A stretch of 64,000 nt of DNA, from positions 64,358,001 to 64,422,000 of the forward strand of contig CM052817.1 in assembly GCA_028534125.1 (NCBI GenBank), read 5' to 3'. Position numbers and translations under genes: made by a program. Positions 12,831 through 24,310 of this stretch are shown here, one piece after another. The DNA is from Lama glama (taxonomy: Eukaryota). How positions within the stretch are numbered: the stretch's first letter is position 1; each line of letters starts with the position of its first letter. The notes below the pieces were generated by a model that saw only the letters and a list, made by a program, of their open reading frames with translations, did not search any database and was not told where the DNA came from.

Positions 12831-13659
12831 GCTCTCCCCCCGGTTTCTGTGCCTGCCACCCACTCAGACATCCAAGTTTATAGCTTCTAGTCATCCTGGA
12901 CTCTCTCCACCCCTTAACACTTCCACATCTGGTAATTCACCATGTCCTGCCAATTTAGTCTTTCAGATAAATTTGAAAAATCTGCCTCATCTTCTCCATC
13001 CTTACATCCAATGACCTTATTCAGTCTCACACTGTCTCCTTGCCTGGTTTACTGCAGTTGCCTCCTACCTGTTCTCCTTCTTTCATTCTTTTCCCAATTA
13101 CATCCATTTTCTGTACATGCCAAGAATGAACTATCTAAAACTCAAATCTGGACAGGGCATTCCTCTGCTAGAAATCCTGCAATGGTTCACCACTGCCTAC
13201 AAGGTAAACTCCAAGTTCCTCCACCCATTATACAAGGACCTCTATGATCCGGCCCCCATCTGGCTTTCTTTCCCAACACGTACTGTCCTGGCAGCCCCTG
13301 AGCTGCAGCGAGCTCCCTCCTTGCATCCTATGCTGCTTCTTGTCTCCGTGCTTTCACTCGTGTGGTCCTCTCTGCCTAGCTGCCCTTCACCCCACTCAAC
13401 TCATCCTTTGAAACATGGCTCAGTATCACTTGCTCTGGGGAACTCCTCTCTCTCTTCGTCCCCAGTCTAGGCTCAGTGCACCTTCTCTGTACATTTATAA
13501 TATCCTATCCACACGTCTCTCATTGCACTCAGCATTCCGTGTTCGAATTAGATGTGTTGCTGCTACTTGGATGGTCTCATTTTTTCATCCCTCTCACCTA
13601 GCGCAGAGCCAGGAATATAATAGGCTCTCAATAAAGGCTTGTTGAATTAAAGATTATAA

Positions 13660-13900
13660 TAATTATTACAGCTAATGTTATTAGCATTTAATGTGTTCTG
13701 GGCACTGTGTTAGGGGATTCACACATATTTTCTCACTTAATCCTTAAACAATTTTATGAGGAAAGTACCACTTTTCCGATTTCCTTGATGAAGAAACTGA
13801 GGCTCTGAGGGTTTAAGTAACCTTCTTAAAGTCACACAGCCAGTAGGCGGTAGAAATGGGATTTGAATCCAAGTACACCTGACCGTGGAGCATGCACTCT
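13660..13900 (-). mobile_element. MIR SINE
   Basis: 'gatgaagaaactgaggctctgagggtttaagtaaccttcttaaagtcacacagccagtagg...gggatttgaatccaag'. Confidence 0.85.
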
Positions 13901-14489
13901 GACCCTGCACAACATGGCTTCCAGGAGCCCGAGACCCTCAGCCCAGTGGCCGCAAGGGCTCCGGGCAAGGCACCCAGTGCCCGGATGCTTGGAAGGGCAG
14001 TGTTCAGTGCAAAGCTCAGAGCATGTGATTCTCTCACAGAAAACCTCAGTGGCCTCCTACTGAACACTGAATAAAATCCCAGATTTGAACCACAAGGCCC
14101 TGCCTTTCTCTCCATGTCTGCGTCCTCCTGCTCCACCAACCCGTCACATACCCAACTTGAACACCCCAAATTCTTTCTAGCCTTGAGGCCTTTGCACCCC
14201 TGCCTGGCTTGCTCTTTTCTATATTCTTTCTTTCCACTTAGCTAGCTCTTTCATATCTCTTGTTTAAATGTTACTTCTTCATAAAATATTATTTTTTATG
14301 CCTCCATCATTATCTGTCTCATCTCTGTATTTCCCTCACAGCATTTATCAAGATTTGTAAGTATTTTATTTCATTTGTTTGTTTTTGTCTGCTGTTCCCC
14401 CTAGAATTATAAGCTCCTTTAGAGCAGGGTCTATTTGTTGCATTCACCGTACCTGACACAGTGAATGGATGAATATTGGCTCAAAGTTG

Positions 14490-15380
14490 TATACCTATAG
14501 GATGGTAATTATTTTAAACACCCCAAACCAAACCCAGAAAATAACAAGTGTTTGTGAGGATGTGGAGAAATCAGAAGTCTTGTGCATGGCTGATGAGAGT
14601 GTAACATGGCGCAGCCACTATGGAAAACAGGATGGGTGGTTCCTTGAAAAATTAAAAGCAGAATTACCATATGATCCAGCAATTGCACTTCTGGGAATAT
14701 ATCCAAAAGTATTGAATGGAGGGACTTAACAATGATATTTGGCTACCCGTGTTCATAGCCTTATTACTTGCAGTAGCCAAAAAGTGGAAGCAACCCAAGT
14801 GTCCATAGAAGATGAATGGATAAACAAAATGTGGTGTGTATATAAAATGGAATATAATTCAGCCTCTAAAAGTAAGGAAATTCTGCTCAACATGAATGAA
14901 CTCTGAGGATATCATGCTAAGTGGAATAAATCAGTCACAAAAAGACAAATACTGTGTGAGTCCACTTACATGAGGGACCCAGAATTGTCAAATTCAAAGA
15001 GACAGAAAGTAGAACAATCATTCCCTGGAGCTGTGGGGAGGGAAAATGGGGAGTAATTGTTTAATGGTCACAGAGTTTCGGTTTTGCAAGATGAAAAGTG
15101 TTCTGTGAACAGACAGTAGTGATGATAGCACAACAATGTGAACGTAATTAACGCCACTGAACTATACACTTAAAAACAGTTAAGGTGGTGGGGGGCAGGG
15201 TACAGCTCAGTGGTAGAGTGCATGCTTAGCATGCAAGAGGTCCTGGCTTCAATCCCCAGTACTTCCATTACATAAACAAACAAACAAACAAACCAAATTA
15301 TCTACCCCCCCCCAAGAAAAAACAAAATCAACAACAAAAAGTTAAGATGGTGATTTTTATGTTATGTGTGTTTTACCACT
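14490..15380 (+). mobile_element. L1 (L1MA/MB-like) ORF2 tail plus 3'UTR, interrupted by a SINE
   Basis: 'gaattaccatatgatccagcaattgcacttctggg' (ELPYDPAI.LLGIYP motif), 'gaagcaacccaagtgtcca', 'cactgaactatacacttaaaa'. Confidence 0.9.
15191..15339 (+). mobile_element. tRNA-Ala-derived SINE (vic-1 type)
   Basis: 'gggtacagctcagtggtagagtgcatgcttagcatgcaagaggtcctggcttcaatccccagtacttcca', (AAAC)n tail, TSD agttaag(g/a)tggtg at 15178-15190 and 15340-15352. Confidence 0.92.
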
Positions 15381-15639
15381 TTTTTTTTTTTAAAGAGAAA
15401 GAAAGTTGTATCCTGCTTGGTAGTTAGTAGTGCTGATCTCCTGACCCCCGGTCCAGTATCCTCTCATCTACATATACTGGCTCCTATCAGAGTACATTTT
15501 ATCAACTAAACATCACAACCATCTCCTTTCAAAAAGGAAAAGATCTTTCTAGGACATATAAAAAGGAGATGCTACCTGTTTTAGAATTAAAAAAAAATTT
15601 AGAGTTTATCTAAACCTCTATCTTCGGTATCAGACAGGG

Positions 15640-15950
15640 TGCGGATCGGGTTAACTTAGGCAGGAAGCCATTGCTGACCTGGACGAGGAAGGGTGAAGGG
15701 AGGGAATGGTCACTGGAACTTAAGAGCTGTGGTTGGAAAGGCGATGACCTTTGGTAGAGGAATGTGGCTGTTGCCACGACAGGAAGGGAGCTGGTCAAAT
15801 AAATATGACTTCCTCCCTTCTTCTGCTGGTACCTCTGATTGGTTGAACCCAACTGGAAAGCAGAGGGCAAGAGAATCCATTGATACAGTCCCTAAAGACC
15901 CCAGAGAAGAAAGGGGGAGAACGGATCTAGAGGTGCCTTCATTACACCAC
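15640..15950 (-). mobile_element. Old ERVL-type LTR fragment
   Basis: 'ctgattggttgaacccaactggaaagcagagggcaagagaatccattgatacagtcc' resembles old ERVL LTR text; family uncertain. Confidence 0.45.
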
Positions 15951-16614
15951 ACTTCATTTTAAAATAAAAGCATTCGGGCTCAAAGAATTAAGTTAATTCC
16001 TGAAGGTCTCCCAGTGATAGATATGGGACTGTCATGGTTTTTAGGACTTAATGGAGTTTCTACTCACACATCAGTAAGGAATGAGAACATTAGTCTAAAC
16101 TTGGAAAATCTGTCACAAATAAAACAAACATCTAAAGGAAGTTTTGTTTTAAAAAAGAGGGTGGTGTGCAGAGCTTCCACAGAACTAGAATTATCAGGAG
16201 CTTTTGTGCTATGGACTTTGCAAGTCTGATTCATCTCATGTGACAAAGAAAACAATTTTAAGATCCTGAGTTTTCTTCCTGTTTCTGTCCTCACAATCAT
16301 CACAGTTTATGGAACATTAAGAAGAAGCTGAAGAGGAGCATTAAATTATAGATGTTGAGTTAAATAAAATAAGATAGCTAAGTCAAAAAAATTGTTGAAA
16401 AGATTCACAGAATTGCATCCTCAAACAAGAATTTTTTTCATAATTAAAGGACTTTGAGACAACTTTTCAGACTCCCAGAAGTTTCACAAGACAGTACCTA
16501 AAAAAATTGATGTGACAAGACTTTTGAAAACAAAACACTGAAACTTCAAGGGAAAAAACCAAGAATGGTACCCTTCTCCCCAACCCCCTGCCACCCAAGG
16601 AAGTAATGCAGCAC

Positions 16615-16860
16615 ACAGCACAGTAATTAGGAGTCTAAGTCAGAGAATTAAAATTCTAGGATTCAAACCTGGCCCCATCACTTACTGGCCGCATAACCTT
16701 GGGCTTCACCTTTTTTACTAAGCCATAGTTTTTCCATTTGTGACATAGGAATAATTGTAGCTAATTGATCACATGGTGTGAGGACTGGAAAAAAATAATA
16801 TAGACAGACACTTACTACATTGTCTCTTTGGCACCTACTAGGTTTCCAAAAAATGCTAAC
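16615..16860 (+). mobile_element. MIR SINE
   Basis: 'ctaggattcaaacctggccccatcacttactggccgcataaccttgggc...agttttttccatttgtgac'. Confidence 0.7.
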
Positions 16861-18734
16861 TAGTAGTAGTGTTACACAATTTATTCTTTTTGCCACCAGA
16901 GGTGGTTATATAACCATATTAAATGACTAATTTCTCACAGTTGCTTTGACTGTCATTGATCTGTTGATCTGTTGACCCCCCTAAAGTCCAATTGGATTAT
17001 GAGAGTACAATGATGAAGATGCATCTTAAGTGAAAAATAGTGAATGGCAATGCTGAATTTGATGAATGAGCAAGAGGAGAAGGGAAAAGGAGGAAGAAAA
17101 AGAAGAGCTGGGGTAAAGGGAGAAGAAAGAGCCCAAAAGATGGATCTTTTGAGGGGTAAGGAAAAGAGGATATCAATCTGCCACCATGGTGGGCCCAGGA
17201 TCACACCCAGCCACATAGTGGACCAAGGCATAAAAGTCCGTGGAAATCAGTCTAAACGTCTAATGCATAGAGGATGTCATCATACCTAGGGTGCCAACAT
17301 TCAGGAAAGGATTTCCGTGAAGTATCAGTTACCACCTCCTTCCTGCAATTTGCTTGTGAGGTGTGCAAATGAGGGAGGGGCTTTCCTCTACTCCACATGT
17401 TAATTTGCCTCCTTCATTTGGTGGAAAAAAGTCTCTGTGATCTGTGGGGTAAGGATGGTCCCAGGCCTCTAGGAACCCCTCCCTAATTCTCTTTCAAATT
17501 CCAGGTTCTATGGGCACTGCCCCCACGTCCCCAGGCTAGCGACTCTGAAGGACGTGGAAGCAGTGCCAGAACGGTCCTTACCCCGCAAGGAACTCGCAGC
17601 CCCAAGCTGCAGGCGGACTTGCTCGCATGTTATACGTTTGGCAGATTTCTCCCTGGTCAAGTGAATCAACCAAACAGAAGAGTTAAAAAACAAACCACAG
17701 TCACTCCTGTTACTCTTCCCAGAGAAGAGAATATACTATTTCCATCATTTATGGCAGTAACAGAAAAGCAGGATTTAAAAAAAAACAAACAAGCATTTGA
17801 TGTGTTTGTTCTGGAATTGAAATTAAGTTGTCCTAGCTCAATGTGCCCATCATTAGCAACGTTTGGAAAGAGCTCACATTTTGCTGGCCGTACAGCTGGC
17901 TGGGTTTCAGTTTCTTATTTACGAATCTTGTGACAGCCCTCCTAGGCCCCTTCCATCTCCCTTTGGGAAGGTGGAAGGAATTTTCCCACTGTTCATGGTT
18001 TCCTTTACTTTTATTTGAGAAATAAACAAAGGCAAATCTTGCTTGTACCATCAGGTTTCCAGTTTCCTAATTCCTCTGGCTGGGGTTTGGACCAAATCTC
18101 CAAGTTCTGTTTCCTCCTTTGCTCCCCTTTTCTATGCCACCAACGACGCTTGTTCCAATGGTTTGTTATAATTCTGGAAGGTCTCTGATCGTTTCCGGTA
18201 GGCCTCTTGCAGCTCTTGTATAGAAAGCATTCTGCAGGTGGGCATAACTCATTTATGTAGTAATGTTCATAATGTGAAAAAACTTAATAATCTCCCTTTG
18301 AAGGATATCACATTTAAAAACAGAAACCTAAAAATCTGAGTTCTAATGTGTTCCAGGATAGGTGATCTAAGCAGGAATTATAAACTGTTAGGACAATAAT
18401 ATGTTATTACTTGGTGGGTTCTTAATAATCTAGAAGCTTCTCAGAATTAGAGAATTTGATTATTAATTCATTCAAAAGAACATTTTAGTGAAATGAGCAT
18501 CTAATACTGGATTCCTATGTGCTGCGTAGCAACTAGTAAAGTAAAAGGCAGTAGCTTAGATTAAGTTCACCATTATTCTGTGAAATGAATTAAATATATA
18601 TCCTGAAAACCCAGAAGCTCAAGTCTAGTCATGTTGGCAAGTGACTCAGTAAGCGAGGGGACAACAGAGAAGGGCTGTCACAATGAAGAGAGGTGACCGG
18701 AACCGCGTGTTTTCCAGAAGGGAGATGAAGACGG

Positions 18735-18958
18735 GTGCTCATTAAGTGCTTGTTGTGTGACTGGATGCTGCTGAGTGCTTTACATGTTTCACACAATATC
18801 CTCAAAATGCTAAGAGACTTCTATTACCATGACCTATTTGTAAAAGAGGAAATGAAGAAGTTAAATAATCTGCCCAAGGCCACGTGGCTAGGAAGTGATG
18901 GAGCAAGGATCCTTACCAGTCAGATTCCTAAGTTTATCTTTTTGCCCCTAAACCATTG
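18735..18958 (-). mobile_element. MIR SINE
   Basis: 'gaagttaaataatctgcccaaggccacgtggctaggaagtgatggagcaaggat'. Confidence 0.75.
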
Positions 18959-19013
18959 GAGATATATATATTTATATAAAATTTGGATTGCCTTATATTA
19001 AAACTTGCTTTGC

Positions 19014-19527
19014 TAACACAACATTGTAAATCAACAATACTGTTACGGAAACGACAGGCCAGCCAAGAAACAAGCACCACTCGGAGGGTTGGAGTACTCA
19101 GATGTATTACGCCAGCGGGCTCAGAGGGGCTTCTGCTCCAAAGCTCTGAGCACCTCCAAAACGTGCACATGAGGTTTTATAGGGTAAAGTACAAGCTTGG
19201 GGTATTTGGCCAATAGGCATGAAACAGCTTTAGCAGCATCATTATCACAAAAGTGGAGGCAGGGAGGCAGCAAACCAACATTCCAAAGCCAGATATATAT
19301 CTTTGAAAATCCAGCTGGCTAGCAAAAAAACATGAACAGCAAACCAACACTAATTAACCTAGATTTACAAGTTAGTCCAGCCGAACTCAGATCAGCATTC
19401 CGATACTTAGATTTGTGAGTTATCTTGTTAGCCCAGCCCAGCCTCTCCTTCACATTCCTAGACCTGTGAGTTATCTTGTTAGACCAGCCCGGCTTTTCCT
19501 TCACATACTTCAATTAAAAAAAAAAAC
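19014..19527 (+). mobile_element. ~50-bp L1 3' stub with TSD, split by an LTR
   Basis: 'taacacaacattgtaaatcaacaatac' + LTR + 'ttcaattaaaaaaaaaaa'; TSD aacttgctttgc at 19002-19013 and 19528-19539. Confidence 0.85.
19041..19505 (-). mobile_element. Young ERV solo LTR with 51-bp U3 tandem repeat
   Basis: TG...CA ends, TAC/ATAC duplicated on both sides, minus-strand TATAAAA (19175-19181), AATACA (19103-19108), several CpGs retained. Confidence 0.8.
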
Positions 19528-19817
19528 AACTTGCTTTGCACACCTATTAGAATGTGCAAATCCTGACAACAAATGCTGGTTGAGGATGTGGAGCAACAGG
19601 AACTCTCAATCATTGCTAGTGGGAATGCAAAATGGTACAGTCCTTTGGAAGACAGTTTAGTGGTTTCTTACAAAACTAAACATACTCTTACCACACGATA
19701 CAGCAATCGTGCTCCTTACTTTTTACCCAAAGGAATTGAAAACTTATGTCCACACAAAAACCTGCACATAGGTATTTATAGCAGCTTTATTCATAATTGC
19801 CAAAACTTGGAAGCAAC

Positions 19818-20708
19818 TCATACCACGCAGGACCTTGTGGGGTCCTCCCTGGTACAAATCTTTCCATGTTTCCTGTTTCTGATTTGTAGGGAATAGGCTT
19901 CATTCAGCCTCTTTGAACTTCTGTGAGTTCCAAAGGGCAGATTCAAAAGCTGCTAATCTGGGAAGGGAGGGAATGCAGAAACGAGGGAGAAGCTGTCAAG
20001 AAACAATAGTGCAGCCTTGGGGCAGGGTCCTGGTTCCTCCTCAAGCCCCACTCCCACCCCCGCCCTCTTGTTCATGGCTAAGCAGAACCTTCCAAGATGG
20101 TTTTTTGGGGAAAACTGGGTCCACCAGATTGCCAGCATTCTGATTAAATTAACTTTCCTCTTTGCTACCAAGGCTGTTGCCCCCAGGATTATACTCCTGC
20201 CCCTTCCTCGAACAGAAACCAATTACTCTCATCTAAGTCCCAGGAGGCAACTGCAAAGAGAAGAAACAAGAACTAGTTAGAATCAACTGAGACCAAGATG
20301 GTGAAAGATTTGACTTCCAGTGGACCCTGAGACTTATTATAAGCTCATTGTAATGTGTAAACATGCTAAATGACACACCTGCCAGCTCCATGACAATTGA
20401 CAATTGCCATGACAACTGGAAAAATCCATACAAGGACAGAAGACAAGGTGATTGGCTCCATCACACCCAAAAGGAAGATGCTGATGGTGGGAGCCTCCTA
20501 TAAATGTCCACGTGGCCCAAGCCACTGCTGGAGCTGTCTCTACTGGCCGTCTTGGCTGACATCTCCCAACTCGAGTCCTTTTCCTCTTTTGAGAAATAAA
20601 GCAGCCATCCACTTTGTCCCTCTTTCTCTGCTGTGAATTCTTTCATGGCCGGTGGTAAAGACCCACATTTTGGGCCTCCTAATTTAGGGGTCTCTCTATC
20701 CACTAATG
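19818..20708 (+). mobile_element. ERV1-type LTR, mosaic or compound
   Basis: First ~210 bp closely resemble the LTR at 11182; own TATAAA 20499-20504 and AATAAA 20595-20600; interrupts the L1 at c/gaac. Confidence 0.75.
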
Positions 20709-20874
20709 GAACCAAGATGTTCTTCAGTAGGTGGATGGATAAATATACTGTGGTACATCTAGCCAGTGGAATATTACCAGAGCTAATAAGGAATGAACTA
20801 TCAAGCCATGAAAAGACATGGAGGAATCTTAAATCCATATTACTAAGACAAAGAAGCCAATCTGAAAAAGCTAC

Positions 20875-22459
20875 TCCAGGTTCTGGTACCAATTCAAACG
20901 TGTGGGTGAGTGGATGTTCCCCACACCAACATGCAATTCTCCAGACACCAACTGGGTATCCCATAATTCAGCTCAATTCTGATACTACCTAGAGACAGCA
21001 TCAGATTCCACAGGTCAAGGACTAGTCCTACAAGGCTGTCCCCCCACTGCTTGAGATGCCTGTCGCAGGTCCAGGTTGTCACCTGTGCTTCTGACCAGTT
21101 TTAGACTGAAGGTTCCAATCACCCCCTTCTTGGATTTGATTAATTTGCTAGAGCAACTGGCTCACAGAACTCAGAGAAGTAGTTTACTTACTAGATTATT
21201 GGTTTATTATGAAAGGATATAACTCAGGAACATCCAGATGGAAGAGATACATAGGACAAGCTATAGGGGAAAGGGCGAGGAGCTTCCATGCCCTCTCTAA
21301 CCACCTTCCCAGCCTCTCCACATGTTCACCAACCCAGAAGCTCTTAGTAGCTTAGAGATTTCTTATGGAGGTTTCATTATATAGGCATGAATGTTTATAT
21401 CATTGACCACTGATGACTGAATACAATCTTCAGCCCCTCTCCCCTCCCTGGAGGTCATGGTGGGACTAAAATCTCCAAACCTCAAAAGGGAACTCTCCTA
21501 CAGCTTTGGTGGGAATGCAGTTTGGTACAGCCATTATGGAAAACAGTATGGAGATTCCTCAAAAAGCTAAAAATAGACTTACCATATGACCCAGCAGTCC
21601 CACTCTTGGGCATATATCTGGAGGGAACTCTAATTTGAAAAGATATATGCACCCCAATATTCATAGCAGCACTCTTTACAATAGCCAAGATATGAAAAAA
21701 ACCCTAAATGTCCATCAACAGATGACTGGGTAAAGTTGTGGTGTGTGTATATATATATATATATACACACACACACATACACACACACAATGGAATACTC
21801 CTCAACCATAAAAAAGAATAAAATAATGCCATTTGCTACAACATGGATGGATCTAGATATTGACATTCTAAGTGAAGCCAGAAAGAGAAAGAAAATACCA
21901 TATGCTATCACTTATGTGTGGTATCTAAAAAAAAAAAAGGTACAAATGAACTTATTTACAAAACAGAAAGACATTCACAGATGTAGAAAACAAACTTATG
22001 GTTACCGGGGTGGAGGGAGGGATGAATTGGGAGTTCGAGATTTGCAGATACTAACTATATACAAAACAGACAAACAAACTTATACTGTATAGCACAGGGA
22101 ACTATATTCAATATCTTGTAACCAATAATGAAAAAGAATATGAAAAAGAATATATGTATGTATATGTACAACTGAAACATTATGCTGTACACCAGAAACT
22201 GACACAATATTGTAAACTGACTATACTTCAATTAAAAAAAAAGAAGACCAAAAAATAAAAGCTCCAACCCTCTAATCACATGGTTGGTTCTCCCGGCAAT
22301 CAGTCTTAGGTGCAGTCCAAGGGGCCCCTCATTAACATAACAAAAGACACCTTTGTGGCTCTTATCACTTGCCAAATTCCAAGGGTTTTAGGAGCTCTGT
22401 GCTAGGAATAGCAGATGAAAACCAAATAGCTATTTCTTGTTATAAATCACAATATCACA
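20875..22459 (-). mobile_element. MER21-like LTR interrupted by a young L1
   Basis: Ends 'ccaagggttttaggagctctgtgc...tataaatcacaatatcaca' (reverse complement of the MER21 start); 5-bp TSD (g/a)ctac at 20870-20874 and 22460-22464. Confidence 0.85.
21484..22256 (+). mobile_element. Younger 5'-truncated L1 with polyA
   Basis: ORF2 tail (MPFATTWMDL) and 3'UTR to 'ctatacttcaattaaaaaaaaa'; TSD aaaa(t/g)ctccaa(a/c)cctc at 21468-21483 and 22257-22272. Confidence 0.92.
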
Positions 22460-22701
22460 ACTACAAACTATATCATTCCAACAATATGACATTCTGGAAA
22501 AGGCAAAACTATCAAAACAGCAAAAAGGTCTTTGATTGCCAGGAGTTGAGAGTAGGGAGGGATAAATAGGCGAGGCACAGAGGAGTTTCAGAGCAGTGAA
22601 AATACCCTCTGTGATCCCATAATGACGGATACATCCAAACCCGCAGAATGCACAGCACCAAGAGTGAAGCCTAATGTCAACTCTGGACTTTCGCGTGGTA
22701 A

Positions 22702-23195
22702 TGTAAGCAGAGAGGGAATGAGGTCCCCTGAGAAAGAGAGCCAGGCATGCCTTTCTTGACAGAAAAGAGACTATTTTTGGCCTAAGCCATTTTGTGATCT
22801 AAGCCTGGTCACAATGCTTGTCCTTAAACAGGTCTCATGGACAGAAGAATGCAGAAACAAATGACTTATCAGACAAGAGAAGTAACAATATCAAAGAACA
22901 TATCAGCTGTAAAGACTCTCAATTCTGTTTCAGTGGTAAAGATTAGCGTGAAGTGGTCAACCATCAACTAAAGCTTGCGCTCTGGTCTATGCCCAGGTAT
23001 CTTCATGAATATGCATGTACCCTCAGCTTAAAACTTCTCCAGTTTTGCCATTCTTGGAAACACTGCTTTGAGAAAGATCCATGGTGTTCTCCTTACTTGC
23101 AAGTGAGAAATCCTTCCTTCTCCTGATATTCGGCTTGAGTGTGTCTTTTGGCTCCACACCCACCAAGAGGTGAACCTGTTTTTCTGGCAGCAACA
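22702..23195 (+). mobile_element. ERV1-type solo LTR
   Basis: TGTAAG...CAACA termini, (g/a)taa 4-bp TSD, 'gccattttgtgatc' and 'gaaagatccatggtgttctccttacttgc' LTR-like interior. Confidence 0.75.
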
Positions 23196-23905
23196 ATAAT
23201 GATGTATCACTGTAGGTTCACCACTTGTAGCACATGTACCATTTTGGTGGGGGATGTTTATAACCAAAGAAGCTGTGCGTGTGCAGGGGCAAGGAATATA
23301 TGGGATAATCTCTGTACATTATCCTTAATTTTCCTGTGAGCTTAAAATTACTTAAAATAATTGTCTTAATTTAAAAAATACTTGCTTTGTATTGGATAAT
23401 GGACAGCTCAATGTCAAAATTGATAGCTTTTATTACCTTGATGGAGTACAGAACTCATTTTAGGATTATATTAGCATGCATACAAGAAGAAGAGAAAGCA
23501 TGTACTGTTTATTCTTTACTGAAGAATCCCAGCCCTGAGCTTTCTATGTAATGGGTGTTTATGAATGAATGAAATCTAAATAGTGTCTCTATTCAGATTA
23601 TTATTCCTTGAGCTGAGTGCAAATAGATTAAAAGAAATACGAAAATACTTGTAGTTGTCACTCTTTATGAAATGTATTGGTCAACTTGGTTATAAAAATC
23701 TCATTGTAACTCAGAGGGACCCTTTCTCTTAGAACAAAGCCATATTAAAGACGTGGCTTTGAGGGACACTTCACGCTCCCAAAGAAGACCCAAGGAAGCA
23801 AGTGTGACTTTGGGAAAGTCATTTGTCTCTGAACTTCGTTGCTTTCATTAGTCAAATGGAGACAATTTCTTATTACCCTGAAGACAGGGAGGCTGGGTGG
23901 ATGGG

Positions 23906-24310
23906 TTTTTATCTGGTTTTTTGTTGTTAAAAACATTTGCCTTGGAGATCGTAAATAAGTCCGTAGAGGTTCTGCTCCTTCATAGATGCGTCTATAAAGC
24001 AAGATGCCTGCACCGTCCAGGTGGTGGGCACTTGAACGACGGGCTGTTTCTCATCCTAGTCAGAGCGCACACCTTCCACGTTGCTCCTGTTCAATGATCG
24101 CTTCCGAATCCAGATGATCAAATTGTCCTTCACAACCGAAGAAGCTCAAAGTGTCCTCCTACACCCCAAGTAAATCACGAGAGGAATGAAGCCCCAGCAG
24201 ATGGCAAACTGGCTGCCCTCGAAGAGCTGCGGCAGCCCCTGCTTGTCACCTGCGCAGCTTCATCAAGGCGACGGCCCTGGCGGCTCCGAGGGGCAATCGA
24301 CGATTTTTGA
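23906..24310 (-). pseudogene. TOMM7: Processed pseudogene of TOMM7 (mitochondrial import receptor subunit TOM7)
   Basis: Minus strand reads ggccgtcgcc-TTG-ATG-AAG-CTG..., then KQGLPQLFEGSQFAICWGFIPLVIYLG versus TOM7 KQRLQQLFKGSQFAIRWGFIPLVIYLG. CDS relic 24266-24130 has a stop/frameshift after the first ~6 codons and an internal deletion. No introns; TOMM7-like 3'UTR ('agacgcatct', 'aaatgtttttaaca') and a decayed A tail follow. Confidence 0.93.

Larger units (their letters stand above)
10505..13648 (+). mobile_element. Long fragmented L2 LINE with nested insertions
   Basis: Pyrimidine-rich L2 text ('ctgaagctgtgctcactatagttatcaat', 'caagctcacctcattcaaaactgag', 'ctagaaatcctgcaatggttc') ending 'aataggctctcaataaaggcttgttgaat'. 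Confidence 0.65.
19540..23379 (+). mobile_element. Old L1 (L1MC-like) 3' portion in four pieces, host of a nested stack
   Basis: Pieces 19540-19817, ~20709-20874, 22460-22701 and 23196-23379 join into continuous L1 text (e.g. 'gaagcaac|caagatgttcttcagtaggtgg', 'gaaaaagctac|aaactatatcattcc'). Confidence 0.85.

Noticed and set aside
15191..15270. tRNA-Ala gene (also the heads at ~710, 31005, 33220, 40285, 41730)
   Set aside because: Each has an A-rich tail, TSDs and stem-breaking substitutions, so these are SINE heads rather than tRNA genes.
16200..16600. Possible hAT transposase remnant
   Set aside because: Only vague AT-rich resemblance; no terminal repeats or translated motif could be confirmed.
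17520..17640. Small CpG cluster with a minus-strand donor-like GG|GTAAGG, possible first exon
   Set aside because: Too short for a CpG island, and no linked downstream exon could be supported.
20461..20964. 167-aa minus-strand ORF
   Set aside because: Crosses MER21, L1 and LTR junctions in antisense, so it is most simply a chance frame through repeats.
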